From an uncultured Verrucomicrobiae bacterium (GTDB taxonomy: Bacteria; Verrucomicrobiota; Verrucomicrobiia; Limisphaerales; Palsa-1400): 64,000 nt of DNA. Positions 27,055 to 38,164 of this stretch are shown here, one piece after another (the first letter of the stretch is position 1; the number at the start of each line of letters is the position of its first letter). Made by a program: the position numbers and the translations under genes. Below the pieces are notes generated by a model, which did not search any database, was not told the DNA's origin, and worked only from the letters and a program-made list of their open reading frames with translations. The DNA lies in NCBI GenBank assembly GCA_963764165.1, contig CAVXRD010000003.1:640001-704000 (forward strand). Reading direction: 5' to 3'.

Positions 27055-27783
27055 TTAGCAGGCCCCCTTTCCCGAGATCACGGCCGGGAGGGTCTTCGAC
27101 AAGATGGTGATGTCCGTCCAGAGATTCTGCTGCTCGATGTAATCCACATCAAGGCGCACCTGGCCCGTAAAATCGATCTCGGCGCGGCCACTGATCTGCC
27201 AGATGCAGGTGATGCCGGGCTTGACGGCGAGGCGGCGGCGGTCGGCGGGCGTATATTTCGCCACTTCACGCGGCAGCGGCGGGCGCGGCCCGACCAGCGA
27301 CATATCGCCAATGAACACATTATAAAGCTGGGGCAATTCATCGAGCGAGAGCTTGCGCAGCCATTTTCCAACTTTGGTAATGCGTGGGTCGCTCTTGCTC
27401 TTAAAGGTCACGCCGTCTTTGTGGTGATTCTTGGCCAGCACTTCGGCCAGGCGCTTCTCGGCGTCCATGCACATGGAGCGGAGCTTGTACATCTTGAACT
27501 CGCGGCCGTCTTGCCCCACGCGGGTCTGGGTGAAAAAGATGGGGCCATTGTCCTCAATCTTGATCAACACCGCGATCACGGCAAACAGCGGGGCCGTCGC
27601 CAGGAGCAGCGCACCCGAGGCGAGGAGGTCGAGCGTGCGCTTCATAAACCCGGCGCCGTGCTCCATCCATTGGGCGCGGATGCGCTGTTGTTGGACATGC
27701 AGGGTAAACCAGAAGCGCATGAGTGGGTTCTTAGCCAAGGCGCAGCGGCGCAATAGCAGCAAGGTGAGGTCATTCTGTTTCAT
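27055..27783 (-). CDS. Priming sugar transferase (Bac_transf domain)
   Basis: KRTLD, FTQTRVG, KLRSM, DPRIT, SLDELPQ, SLVGPRP, KPGIT; ATG overlaps the upstream TGA. Confidence 0.95.
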   Translation of the reverse strand: MKQNDLTLLLLRRCALAKNPLMRFWFTLHVQQQRIRAQWMEHGAGFMKRTLDLLASGALLLATAPLFAVIAVLIKIEDNGPIFFTQTRVGQDGREFKMYKLRSMCMDAEKRLAEVLAKNHHKDGVTFKSKSDPRITKVGKWLRKLSLDELPQLYNVFIGDMSLVGPRPPLPREVAKYTPADRRRLAVKPGITCIWQISGRAEIDFTGQVRLDVDYIEQQNLWTDITILSKTLPAVISGKGAC

Positions 27784-29051
27784 AAGCATACCGTGTCGCG
27801 GCTCCGGCGCTGGGCTGCCCGCTGGAGCAATTCCTCCACGGGGCAATTCTGGCGCGAAGCCTGTTGATGGTGTTGACTGAGCAATTCCCGTCCGCGCGAG
27901 CCTAATTGGCGGGCGAGGTTTTTATCCCGGAGCAGCTGTTCGAGGCGCTCCGCAAATCGATCCGTGTCTGCCCAGGGGACCAGGAAGCCATTTTCCCCGT
28001 CGAGCAGCCATTCGCGAATGCCGCCGGCGTCAAATCCGACCACCGGCAATCCGTGGCACATCGCCTCGCGCCCGACCAAACCAAACGGTTCCGGCCAGAC
28101 GGAGCTGACTGCAAGCACTGTGGCTTCCTGATAGAAATTACGAATTTGGTCCCGCGACATGAACCCGTGAAATTTCACCCGATCCTGCAAACCGAGTGAT
28201 TTCGAGAGCTTTTCGCAGTAGGCGCGATGATTGCCGTCGCCGAGGATCGCCGCTTCAAACGGCACGTTCATCTTGGCCAGCGCGCGGAGCAGAAGGTCCA
28301 CTCCCTTGCCGCGGATGATCTGGCCGACGAACAAGATCAGGTTCTTTTCGGCAAAGTTGCTGATGGCGTCATCTGCGCTCGGTTCATGCACGGGCACGCG
28401 CACTTCGATTTTCGAGGTGTCAAAACCGTTGCGGGCCAGCTCCACCTTCTGGTATACCGAGTAAACGAGCAGGCAATCGCAGCGGCGATTGAGCTCAATT
28501 TCCCGTTTCTTGGCTTGGTAGCTGACCCACTTAAAGGGAATCAACCCGTCTGGATTCCGGCCGATGGAGGCCAGGCAGGGGACCACGCAGCGCCAGGAGG
28601 CGGGGCGATTGCAGACTTCGCGGGTGAAATAATTGAATTTGCCGCCGCGCATGCAATACATGCGGTGGTCATGCACGCGGCGAACAACGGGGTGGCCGGA
28701 GTCCAGAAGCTCTTCCAGCACAGCCAAATCAGGAAGGCTATGGAAATAAATGACGTCCGGGTTGAAATTCTGGAGGAGATTGCGCACCATTTCCACTTTG
28801 TTGCGCGCGGCCAGCGCATGGCATTCGGAGAACGTTTGGTCCCAGGCGGCATCATTTTTGCCGGAGCGGGACATATATAGAAGAGAAACCTTGTGGCCTT
28901 TGCTCTTAAGGGAGGTTGCCCCGAGCAGAATGTCCGTTTCCGCGCCGCCCATCGCTCCGCAGTATTGATGAACAAAAAGAATCTTCAGCCGGCGACCCAG
29001 CCCCTGCTGTTCGCTCTGAATTGTTTCATTTCTGTGACATCCGTCATTCAT
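27780..29051 (-). CDS. Glycosyltransferase family 4
   Basis: GGAE, FVGQIIRGKG, EPFGLVGREAM. Confidence 0.93.
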   Translation of the reverse strand: MNDGCHRNETIQSEQQGLGRRLKILFVHQYCGAMGGAETDILLGATSLKSKGHKVSLLYMSRSGKNDAAWDQTFSECHALAARNKVEMVRNLLQNFNPDVIYFHSLPDLAVLEELLDSGHPVVRRVHDHRMYCMRGGKFNYFTREVCNRPASWRCVVPCLASIGRNPDGLIPFKWVSYQAKKREIELNRRCDCLLVYSVYQKVELARNGFDTSKIEVRVPVHEPSADDAISNFAEKNLILFVGQIIRGKGVDLLLRALAKMNVPFEAAILGDGNHRAYCEKLSKSLGLQDRVKFHGFMSRDQIRNFYQEATVLAVSSVWPEPFGLVGREAMCHGLPVVGFDAGGIREWLLDGENGFLVPWADTDRFAERLEQLLRDKNLARQLGSRGRELLSQHHQQASRQNCPVEELLQRAAQRRSRDTVCL

Positions 29052-29154
29052 TTCGTCACAGAGGATAGTTGATACGCTTTTCGTGTGTTAGGTGGGTGAA
29101 CGGATAAAACACCCCTCCCTTAGACCCCAAGTCTAATCCCTGATGGGGCAGTCA

Positions 29155-31809
29155 TCACTTCAGCACCACGTTCGTAGTGGCGAACACCCGCTTTCCATCT
29201 GGAAACTGGGCTTCAACCTCGACCCAGAGCGGCTTTCCGGCGTTTTGGCGGGTGGGAGCAAGCGTCAACGAAGGCCCGAAGGAGGGATTCTCCCCATCCG
29301 CCTCCCAAACAACGCGGGCGGATTTGAAATCCATTCCTGGCGAAGTGAGCGTCCACGATTGGCCGGATGCGCTTTCCCCCTTGGCTGCCGCGGGCACGAT
29401 GCTGCCTACCGCGGATTTCCAGGGCTGTGTCTTCAGCGGTGTTTGCGCCATCAGCCACGCCGTATATCCAAGCCCCCGGGCCTGATTCACAATGACGAAT
29501 TCCTGGCTTAAATTGAAACTATCGCTCCAACGATCGTAGAACGGGTAGGGTTGCACCCCATCTCCATCCGAGGGAAACGACAATTCGCCCGGTTCGCGCT
29601 GATATAAGTCCATCCAGCCGATGCCTTCCTGGATGTTTCCGAAGGGAATTCCGCTCGGCGGGAGAACGCGGCGGCTGTTTTGCGCATATTGATCCACCAT
29701 TTCGCGCTGCCGCTTCCATCCGAGGCCGGCCACGTAGGTGACATTGACGGGGTTGCAGCCTTCCTCGTAATTCAAGTTGCTGATCAGGGCGGCGCGCATC
29801 GCCGGGCGCGGATCGTTCAACTCCGGATAATCGAGTTGGAGCGCGACAGCGAGATCAAATGCGGCATCGCTTGAAAAATACCAGCCGGCCGAATTAGCGT
29901 GCTTCGTCTCCTCGGGAAAACTTGTGCCGTAGGCGCTGTGACGGGCGCGGGTCAATTGATCGTCGCCATCGCCGGCGATCTCCGCTTCGCACGCTTCGAG
30001 CAGAAGACGGTTTAATTGCGAGCGCTGCACCCGGCCGCTCCGCGCGGCAAAGGCGTAGCTGCGAATTGCGCAGCCGTAGGAGTCATACAACCGCCACCAA
30101 CCCCAGCGGCGCGTCGCCGGGTCATCGGGACGGAACCAATCCATCAGCGTCTTGTGAATGGCGGGATCGCCGGTGGCCAAATACATTTCGCACGCAGCCC
30201 AGGCCAGTTCGTCATCGTGCATGAACTCGTTGCCGTAGTGGGTGATTTTCTGGTACGCGCCATCTTTGCCGTATTTCGCGATGGCAGCGCTGAGAAACAC
30301 CCAACCCTTTTTCGCTTTTTCCAAATAGAGAGCGGCCGCTTCGGGAAATTGCTTTTTGAAGGTTGGCGAAGTCGCGCATTGCGCAAGCGCGGCGGTGGCG
30401 GCGGCTGTCACGGACGTTGTTTTCGGAAAAACCACCTGCGGGTCGCCTTTATCCGGCGTGACGTTATTTTCGTATTCGCGGTCATGGGGATAGACGAGAA
30501 AATAAAAACCGCCGTCGGCGTCCTGCATGCGGGCGAGAAAATCCGCCTCCCATTTTGCCTCCTGCAAAACATCGCTTTTGCCGTCACCGCTCTCGGGCAA
30601 ACCCAGATTATCGAGTTCGCTCACGCCGGGAAAATTGTCCGCCGCGAACACGAGATGATGAATAAAAGCGGCGCTGTTAATCGTGTACTTGCTGTAATCC
30701 CCCGCGTCGTGGTGGCCCTGATGGACATCCACCGGACCGGGATTCACGAATGGATACAAATCCGCCGCCACACTCTTCAATTCCGGCGCGGTGTGGCGGG
30801 GATTATCGTGGTAATCCGCCGTTTCCTTCGCCAGCACTGCGTTGACCTCCTCGAATTTCGGTGACATGTCCGGAACTTCCGCCGGCGGCAAATGGCACGC
30901 CGCATGGGTGAATCGCGTAAACGGCAATTCATTCGCATCGCCGCAGCGCTGGTGATAGATGCCAAGAGCATAGGTGCGCGCAAAGGCTCCCGCCACGGCA
31001 TCGTCAATCAGAAAAGGAAACGACACGCCAAGCCCCGCGACGGACAACTTGTATTCCCCTGGAGTCTTGAAATCAGAAAAATCCGCCTCCATCACAGCTT
31101 GATAAGCGGAATGAGGAAATCCTTGATCGGGCCGGGGCCTCAGAGCGCCTGTGAAAACAGATTTGCCTGAATGCGCGTCCACAATTTCAAACGCGGTCTT
31201 GCCGGGATCCCCGACGTTCATCTCGCCAAGGCTGCCGAGGTAGTAGCCCACCATGGCTTCCTTGGGGAAATTCGGAAGGTAGCCCGTTTGGTTCACATGA
31301 AGAACCGGGCTCCAGCGATAAGAATCGTTCCTCACGCCATAGTTGACCGTGGCGGGCCATAGTTTGTGAGCGGTGTTCGCTACCGTGACAGTTTCCCTTT
31401 CGGCAACGGGCGAGGCCAGCTCAAGGTATAGATAATTTCCAATGCGCAAATCACGCTTCTTGAACGGCGCGTAAAGAACCCGGCGTTTGAACCCGACTTG
31501 CCTGACATCAATTTTCCTTCCGCCCGCCGAAACGGAAAAATCCCCCGCGCCTGGCAAGTTGGCTCTCCCTGCTGCCTCGACGAAATTCCACTCCGTCACG
31601 GGCGCAGGGTCGGGCTGCTTCGTTGTAATCAGTGTCAGCTCCAAAATCGTAGGAGAGAGAATCCGCAACTGATAAGAACCGACGGCAGGCATCGTCAGCG
31701 GTTCATCGTCGGAGAGGCGCAAAGCGGACTGCGCGGGCGCGCCGTCTGTCATATATAACATCAGCGCGGCTGCCAGAAGCCCTCTGGCAAAAATAGTCCT
31801 TGGCATCAT
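29155..31809 (-). CDS. Secreted glycoside hydrolase family 9 with N-terminal Ig-like domain
   Basis: Signal peptide; HVNQTGY; HHDAGDYSKY; DELAWAA; C-terminal D...E..IVNQA. Confidence 0.88.
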   Translation of the reverse strand: MMPRTIFARGLLAAALMLYMTDGAPAQSALRLSDDEPLTMPAVGSYQLRILSPTILELTLITTKQPDPAPVTEWNFVEAAGRANLPGAGDFSVSAGGRKIDVRQVGFKRRVLYAPFKKRDLRIGNYLYLELASPVAERETVTVANTAHKLWPATVNYGVRNDSYRWSPVLHVNQTGYLPNFPKEAMVGYYLGSLGEMNVGDPGKTAFEIVDAHSGKSVFTGALRPRPDQGFPHSAYQAVMEADFSDFKTPGEYKLSVAGLGVSFPFLIDDAVAGAFARTYALGIYHQRCGDANELPFTRFTHAACHLPPAEVPDMSPKFEEVNAVLAKETADYHDNPRHTAPELKSVAADLYPFVNPGPVDVHQGHHDAGDYSKYTINSAAFIHHLVFAADNFPGVSELDNLGLPESGDGKSDVLQEAKWEADFLARMQDADGGFYFLVYPHDREYENNVTPDKGDPQVVFPKTTSVTAAATAALAQCATSPTFKKQFPEAAALYLEKAKKGWVFLSAAIAKYGKDGAYQKITHYGNEFMHDDELAWAACEMYLATGDPAIHKTLMDWFRPDDPATRRWGWWRLYDSYGCAIRSYAFAARSGRVQRSQLNRLLLEACEAEIAGDGDDQLTRARHSAYGTSFPEETKHANSAGWYFSSDAAFDLAVALQLDYPELNDPRPAMRAALISNLNYEEGCNPVNVTYVAGLGWKRQREMVDQYAQNSRRVLPPSGIPFGNIQEGIGWMDLYQREPGELSFPSDGDGVQPYPFYDRWSDSFNLSQEFVIVNQARGLGYTAWLMAQTPLKTQPWKSAVGSIVPAAAKGESASGQSWTLTSPGMDFKSARVVWEADGENPSFGPSLTLAPTRQNAGKPLWVEVEAQFPDGKRVFATTNVVLK

Positions 31810-31963
31810 AGCTGATTAGGAGATTGCCACATAAAAAATCCGATGAGCATTAGGCAAACTGCCCATTGGTGTCTCAGGGAACAGCGATTAGGTTCTCGCC
31901 ATGTTGTTGAGCACGTTGGCCGCAACCGCGCCAAGGAGTGTCGGACAGATCCAATTTACCATT

Positions 31964-33514
31964 ATGGACGAGAAGCGCATCGGGATAATTTTGAAAAAGG
32001 GGGCAGGCCTGTTGCTGGCGGCAGCGCTGGGGATCGGGCAAAGCGTTTATGCGCGGCAGCCGGGTGAAAGCCCGGCCTTCAATTTCGGCACGGTGCGCGA
32101 AATGGCGCGCGGCATCGCAGCCAAGGATTTCAAGCCCTCGAAAAACGACGACCTGCCCGATGTGCTGAAGAAGATGACGTATGACCAATACAACACCATC
32201 CGCTTTCGCCGCGAGCACAGCCTGTGGAAAGACGACCACGTCCGGTTCACCGCGCAGTTCTGCCAGCGCGCCTATCTCTTTCAAGATCCAGTCAAGGTCC
32301 ACGTGCTCGATAATGGAAAAGTCACCGATGTGCCCTTCTCTCCGGAGATGTTTGACTACGACAGCAACAACGTGCCCAAGAATCTGCCCCCCACCCTGCA
32401 ATTCGGCGGATTCCGTTTGCTCTACCCTTTGAATTCTCCGCAGAAGCAGGACGAGGTCGCTGAATTTCTTGGCGCGAGCTATTTCCGCATCCTGGGAGGC
32501 GGGCAGCGCTATGGCTCGTCGCTGCGCGGGCTGGCCATCGACACGGCGGAGCCGAGCGGGGAGGAATTTCCGCGCTTCACGGAGTTTTGGCTGGAGAAGC
32601 CTCCGCAGCTTGCGGGCGGCATGCGTGTCTACGCTCTGCTTGACAGCCCGAGCGTCGCCGGAGCCTACCGCTTTGTCATCGAGCCGGGCGCGAACACGAT
32701 CACGGAAGTCGAGACAAGCCTGTTCTTTCGCAAGACGCCCAAGAAAATCGGGATTGCCCCCATTGGGAGCCTTTTTCTGGAGGGCCAAAACCGCACCCGC
32801 TTCATTCCTGATTATCGGCCGCAAGTGCATGATTCCGACGGACTCTTGATCGAGCCAGGAAACGATAATTGGATCTGGCGCCCGCTGGTAAATCCGGCCA
32901 AGGAACATCAATTGAGCCAATTTCCGGTGGCGGAGCTGAAAGGATTTGGCCTTACCCAGCGGGACCGCGAGTTTCGGGATTACGATGACCTGGGCAGCCG
33001 CTTTGAGGCGCGGCCGACCTATTGGATCGAGCCCATCGGCAACTGGGGTCCCGGAACGGTCGAGCTTCTGGAGATACCCACGCAGAATGACTGGAACGAC
33101 AACATCGTCGCCTATTGGATTCCGCGCGACATGCCCTCCCCGGGGCAGGAATTGCATCTGGCCTATCATCTTTCCGCCATGCTCAATGGGCCGGATGGCA
33201 AGCCAATCCTCCGCATCCGCTCAACTCATGTTCGTCCGGAAATGGGCGACAGTCCACCCCGCTTCGTCATTGATTTTGCGGGGATGATGCCGCAGCCGGC
33301 CGATCTCTCAGTGGGAGCCGCGGCGAAACTTCACACTTCTCAGGGACAGGTCAAAAACGTGGTTGTCGAAACGAATGAGGCCGTCGGCGGCTGGCAGGTT
33401 TTCTTTGACCTGGTCGGCGCGGGAGACAATCGAACCGAAGTGCGCCTGCACCTGCAGCCCAAGGACCAGCCCGTCAGCGAGACGTGGATTTACGATTTTC
33501 AAAAACTTAATTGA
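31964..33514 (+). CDS. opgG: Periplasmic glucan biosynthesis protein OpgG/OpgD family
   Basis: YDQYNTIRF, FLGASYFR, RGLAIDT, EEFPRF, RPQVHDSDGL, DNIVAYW, SETWIY. Confidence 0.93.
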   Translation: MDEKRIGIILKKGAGLLLAAALGIGQSVYARQPGESPAFNFGTVREMARGIAAKDFKPSKNDDLPDVLKKMTYDQYNTIRFRREHSLWKDDHVRFTAQFCQRAYLFQDPVKVHVLDNGKVTDVPFSPEMFDYDSNNVPKNLPPTLQFGGFRLLYPLNSPQKQDEVAEFLGASYFRILGGGQRYGSSLRGLAIDTAEPSGEEFPRFTEFWLEKPPQLAGGMRVYALLDSPSVAGAYRFVIEPGANTITEVETSLFFRKTPKKIGIAPIGSLFLEGQNRTRFIPDYRPQVHDSDGLLIEPGNDNWIWRPLVNPAKEHQLSQFPVAELKGFGLTQRDREFRDYDDLGSRFEARPTYWIEPIGNWGPGTVELLEIPTQNDWNDNIVAYWIPRDMPSPGQELHLAYHLSAMLNGPDGKPILRIRSTHVRPEMGDSPPRFVIDFAGMMPQPADLSVGAAAKLHTSQGQVKNVVVETNEAVGGWQVFFDLVGAGDNRTEVRLHLQPKDQPVSETWIYDFQKLN

Positions 33515-35598
33515 CAGGAAAAATTATGAACCCCACCGCCCTCAATCCCGCCCGCAAATGGATTATTGCACGCCAGATGCTTTTTGCCACCATCTGCGCG
33601 TTCAGCATGGTCGTCGTGTCGAATGCGATGCTTTCGATGCTGCGCATGAATGGCCTCAATGGGTTGAAGATCACGATGTTCGTTCTGTTCGTGATATTGT
33701 CGTTCCCCATCGTGCTTTCGTTCTGGACGGGCGTGCTGGGTTTCATTGTTCGCCTGCGCGGCGGCGATTCACTCGAACTGACGCGCTCCCTTGAGGGCAA
33801 AGCGAAGCTCACGACCGAATTGCCCAAGACCGCGGTGATTGTCCCGGTTTACAACGAAGACCCGGTCCGCGTCTTCGCGGGATTGAAGGCGACATACAAG
33901 AGCCTGGAAGAAACAGGAATGCTGAAGAATTTTGAATTCTTCATTCTCAGCGACACAACAGATCCCGACACATGGATTCGCGAGGAGCTGGCGTTGGTGG
34001 ATTTCCGCGCCACAGTCAGCGATCCGAGCCGCGTCTTCTATCGAAATCGCCGCGAGAATCTGGAGCGCAAGACGGGAAACATCGCGGATTTTTGCGCAGG
34101 TTGGGGTGGCCGCTACCGCTACATGATCGTATTCGACGCCGATAGCGTCATGACGGGCACATGCCTGGTCGAATTGGTGCAATTGATGGAATACCACCCG
34201 GAGGCGGGAATCATCCAGGCGCCGCCGCTGCCCGTCAATCGCCACACCTTCTTCGGCCGCATGCGGCAATTTGCCACCCACGCCTACAGTTCCATTTTCG
34301 TGACGGGGCTTAACTTCTGGCAAGGCGGAGCAGCGAATTACTGGGGCCACAACGCCATCATTCGCATCGCGCCTTTCATCGAACATTGCCATCTTCCCAA
34401 ATTGTCGGGACGTGAACCTCTTGGCGGCTCCATTCTGAGCCATGACTTTGTCGAAGCGGCCTTCATGCGGCGCGCCGGATGGAAAGTTTATTTGGCCAGC
34501 GAACTGCGTGGAAGTTACGAGGAGGTGCCGCCGTCGCTGATCAGCTACGCCGCCCGCGACCGCCGCTGGTGCCAGGGAAACCTTCAGCACATGAAACTAT
34601 TGACGACGCCCGGCCTGCATCCTGTAAACCGCTTGCACATGTGCCTTGGCATCATGGCGTATCTTGCCGCGCCACTGTGGATGCTGATGCTGCTCATCAG
34701 CACCATTGAAGGAATCCGCGAGTCCGTGCAGCCCCATGTCTATTTTCCGCAAGGCCCCGCCCTGCATCCTGTGTGGAACATCTCGGTGCAAACGCGCGCG
34801 ATTGGACTATTCCTGTCCGTGATGGGGCTGCTGATGACGCCGAAAATTCTCAGTCTCATTGCTCATTTGAAAGACCGCCAAGAGCGCGAGGAATATGGCG
34901 GGGCAAAGAAACTCATCCAAAGCGTGTTTTTGGAAACCATTTTTGCCACCCTTCTCGCGCCAGTGCTCGCCTTCCTTCAAACACACTTTGTCGTCGGGAT
35001 TCTCATGGGCCGAAACGTGAAGTGGGACGCTCAGGACCGCGGTGAAGCGCAAACCTCGGTGGGAGAGGCCATCGCCCGCCATTGGCCGGCCACGCTGCTG
35101 GGAGTGGTGTGGGGCGTGTTGCTGTTCACCATGACACCGAAATTATTTTGGTGGTTCTCGCCGGTGCTCGCTGGATTCTGGCTGGCGATTCCGATGTCCG
35201 TCTGGAGCAGCCGCGCCAGCGCCGGGGATCGCGCGCGCGAAAAGGGCTTGTTCTTGACGCCCGAGGAAGTGCACACGCCCAAGATATTGACCGACTTGGA
35301 CATCGAAGCTGAGTGGGCCAGCCAGCGCGTTTGGGCCAAGGAAGGCGATGCGCTGGAGCGCGTTTTGAACGATCCGCGCGTTCGCGAAATTCATTTGTCC
35401 CTGCTGACCAATCGCGAGGAGGCCAAGGACGATTTGCGCCGTCACTATCTGGAAGGTTTGGAATTGAAGTATCAGCACGACGGAGCAAAAGGGCTCACGC
35501 CACGCGAAAAACGCGATCTCCTGTGGGACAAGGAAGCCATCCAGGATTTGCTGGGTGGTTCCAAGAATGGAAACGGGAACGTGGCGATGGCACGTTAA
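33511..35598 (+). CDS. opgH: Glucan biosynthesis glucosyltransferase H
   Basis: PVYNED, RKTGNIADF, DADS, NYWGHNAIIR, LSHDFVEAA, RDRRWCQGNLQH. Confidence 0.96.
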   Translation: MTGKIMNPTALNPARKWIIARQMLFATICAFSMVVVSNAMLSMLRMNGLNGLKITMFVLFVILSFPIVLSFWTGVLGFIVRLRGGDSLELTRSLEGKAKLTTELPKTAVIVPVYNEDPVRVFAGLKATYKSLEETGMLKNFEFFILSDTTDPDTWIREELALVDFRATVSDPSRVFYRNRRENLERKTGNIADFCAGWGGRYRYMIVFDADSVMTGTCLVELVQLMEYHPEAGIIQAPPLPVNRHTFFGRMRQFATHAYSSIFVTGLNFWQGGAANYWGHNAIIRIAPFIEHCHLPKLSGREPLGGSILSHDFVEAAFMRRAGWKVYLASELRGSYEEVPPSLISYAARDRRWCQGNLQHMKLLTTPGLHPVNRLHMCLGIMAYLAAPLWMLMLLISTIEGIRESVQPHVYFPQGPALHPVWNISVQTRAIGLFLSVMGLLMTPKILSLIAHLKDRQEREEYGGAKKLIQSVFLETIFATLLAPVLAFLQTHFVVGILMGRNVKWDAQDRGEAQTSVGEAIARHWPATLLGVVWGVLLFTMTPKLFWWFSPVLAGFWLAIPMSVWSSRASAGDRAREKGLFLTPEEVHTPKILTDLDIEAEWASQRVWAKEGDALERVLNDPRVREIHLSLLTNREEAKDDLRRHYLEGLELKYQHDGAKGLTPREKRDLLWDKEAIQDLLGGSKNGNGNVAMAR

Positions 35599-35789
35599 AA
35601 AGGAGAGTGAAAGCGCCAGAATGGCCGCATGGAACAAGATTCTTCTATCCAGCCAGCTCGGGGCGTTTAAGCAAGCCCAACGTGGCTGGGTTCATCGCGC
35701 AATGCAAGGCCAACAAATTGTCGAAAAAGGAGATTGCCCCCTCCGGGCATTCGCTTTGGAGAGATCGCTCCAAAATTAAACCGGCCACC

Positions 35790-37061
35790 TCACCTCCCAA
35801 ATGCAAAATACAAAACGGCGCATGCGGATACAGCGGTCACAACAGCAATCGAGAACAATATAATATGATAGCCGGAGAGGAAAATTTTCTTAATCCAGTC
35901 CGGGGCAAGAACAGCCCAAACAACGCCGAAAAATGCAAATACGGCGAAAGAAAAAAAGACTCCAAAGGCCGCATATTGCCAAATCTTCTGCTCTCGGCTT
36001 TTCGTTGCCCACTGCCCCACCCCGAAGCAAATACAAGTGAGAAACAACGTGACCATGGAGCACAAGGCGCCCACGAGAATGCGGTCGCCAATTGTTCCCG
36101 ACAGAATCAACTTTGACCGGTCTCCATTAGCTGTGGATGCCATCATTCCGCTTTTTTGCAGCGACTCGATGTTGCCCGTAAGATTCTCGTTCAAAGTTTC
36201 AATTTCCGTTGGCGAAATCACGTACTCTTGAGCGGCAGCGTCTATGCACCGGGTTTGCAACCTTTTTATGTAGGCTAAACTAACCGGCAGCCGGATTATA
36301 TATGCGACAGAGTCGGTTTCCGCATCGGGCGCAAGCAAGGAGCGGACATTGGATTTTGCGTAGTTCAGTGATGAAACAAGTCGCAATTCCTGCCAGTAAT
36401 CCCTTCCCGGCAATTTTTTGTAATCATAATGAACAATTAGATCCATCTCCTTCCAGCCCACTATCGCATAAAGCGCGCGCCCAGATGTCACTGGGGCGAT
36501 TGGTCGCCGGTCCGCATAGGTCGCGAGTAAGGACGCCAATTTGGGGCCGTTTTGAAAGTAGAGCGGAATCTTGATTTGCTCCCGGTTGCGATTGACAACA
36601 AGAATAAACCCCTGAAACCGAGTCGTTTCGACTTGAACCTGCTCGATCTCCGTCAAATCAAAAAGTGTCGCCTTCTCGCCGCACACATACTCGAGGCACG
36701 ACTTATTCAAATTGATGCGAGACGTTGTTAGCACGGACAACGCAATTCCTGCTATAAAAAACACAGCTCCGCCTGCGAGAATGAACGCCCAACCCCAAGG
36801 ATTGAGGCGGGTCCATTGAGATATTCCGAATGCAATAATCCCCGAACCCACCAAATGCGCGCAGATTACGAGCAGATAGGCTGATCTCGAAACTCGAAAT
36901 TCCTCATCATCGCACGGTAAGCGGATTTGAACTTGAATCGCTTCGCGGTAGGAAGCTGCATGAAACCTTGGGTAGAACCAATCCACGCGCATGAGCCGAC
37001 GGAGCGCTGCAATCAGCAGCAAAGCAGCAAACAACCCCCAACTTCCGGTTGCAGTTTTCAC
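35790..37061 (-). CDS. Hypothetical membrane protein, lower GC
   Basis: 423 aa ORF with about 6 hydrophobic segments; no recognisable family; start uncertain. Confidence 0.6.
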   Translation of the reverse strand: MKTATGSWGLFAALLLIAALRRLMRVDWFYPRFHAASYREAIQVQIRLPCDDEEFRVSRSAYLLVICAHLVGSGIIAFGISQWTRLNPWGWAFILAGGAVFFIAGIALSVLTTSRINLNKSCLEYVCGEKATLFDLTEIEQVQVETTRFQGFILVVNRNREQIKIPLYFQNGPKLASLLATYADRRPIAPVTSGRALYAIVGWKEMDLIVHYDYKKLPGRDYWQELRLVSSLNYAKSNVRSLLAPDAETDSVAYIIRLPVSLAYIKRLQTRCIDAAAQEYVISPTEIETLNENLTGNIESLQKSGMMASTANGDRSKLILSGTIGDRILVGALCSMVTLFLTCICFGVGQWATKSREQKIWQYAAFGVFFSFAVFAFFGVVWAVLAPDWIKKIFLSGYHIILFSIAVVTAVSACAVLYFAFGR

Positions 37062-37336
37062 GGGTTTACGACCGCAGGTGGGTGTGGGTTAGCCATAAGG
37101 TCAGCGAATAAGTCTTGGGGACCGAGGCTGGACATAAGACATTTCGGCTTGACGAATTTCGCATGATAAAGGCAAGGATACGCTCGCCCGGCCCGGCCGC
37201 CAAGAATCGAATTCTCGGAAGCAAGGGTCGAGAAGAGGTCGCTATGCCGCATCAATTCCCCCCACCCTGAGGCCATGTTTTCCACCGATTGCGATGGATT
37301 GCGGGAGGAAGCAAAGTAAGCGCAAGAGGATAAAAC

Positions 37337-38029
37337 ATGAACACTTTTCAACATTCGTCATCCCCGCTTTGCCGCGCTGCGAAGGCGGGAGCGCTTATAT
37401 GCGCAATCGCAGGCAGCGGATTTTTCGCCCACGCCCAAAGCACGTCCCCACTGACGCCGCAGCCTGTCCCGGAGTCAAGCACCGCCACGCTGATTGGCAA
37501 CGAACCCGGCGGCGTCTCCTATCTGGCAAGGGAATTTGTGCAGCAGGCCGCCCAAGCGAATCAAACCGAGATTGCCATGGCGAACGTCGTTGAATCACGC
37601 TCGACCAATTTGGCTGTCAAAAGTTTTGCGAGCATGATGCGCGCAGATCATCAGCAGAATTTTAGCGAACTGCAGCAGCTGGCGCAAAGCCACGCCATGG
37701 TGGTCGATTCCGCGCTAAGCAGCGTCAACCAGCACGCTGTCAATCACCTTCAGAAGATCAGCGACGCCAATTTGGACAGGGAATTCGCCAAGGTGATGCT
37801 CAAAGACCATGTGAAAACCATCAGGGCATTTGATAAAGCATCGATTGAAATTTCGGAGCCGTACTTGAAAACGTACGCCCAAAACACTCTGCCAACATTG
37901 CGCAAACACTTGCGCCATGCAGAAGACGCGGCCCGAGCGGCCGGTGTGGATGAGAGCACGATCTTCTCCATCCTCAAGGGTCTTCCTGGCGGCGAAGCGC
38001 AACGGGCAGTCACCTACAATCAAGACTAA
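37337..38029 (+). CDS. DUF4142 domain secreted protein
   Basis: Signal peptide; FVQQAAQ...EI...VKSFASMMRADH...KDH...TLPTLRKHL. Confidence 0.9.
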   Translation: MNTFQHSSSPLCRAAKAGALICAIAGSGFFAHAQSTSPLTPQPVPESSTATLIGNEPGGVSYLAREFVQQAAQANQTEIAMANVVESRSTNLAVKSFASMMRADHQQNFSELQQLAQSHAMVVDSALSSVNQHAVNHLQKISDANLDREFAKVMLKDHVKTIRAFDKASIEISEPYLKTYAQNTLPTLRKHLRHAEDAARAAGVDESTIFSILKGLPGGEAQRAVTYNQD

Positions 38030-38051
38030 CCAGATTCAGGACTAGGGAGTT

Positions 38052-38087
38052 AAGCAGCAGGGCAGGTTTTCTGTCCTGCTGTTTTTT
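38052..38087 (+). terminator. Rho-independent terminator
   Basis: agcagcagggcag...ctgtcctgctgtt hairpin followed by a T tract. Confidence 0.75.
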
Positions 38088-38164
38088 GTCGTTTTCTGGG
38101 TAACCACCCCATCGCGCCGCCTTCGGGAATGCGTTAAAAATCAGGGCATAACGAGAGCAACATT

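Noticed and set aside
31874..33169. Long antisense ORFs (also 5643-6494, 50550-51872, 51950-52981, 56711-57808, 60704-61588)
   Set aside because: Shadow frames of well-supported genes in GC-rich DNA
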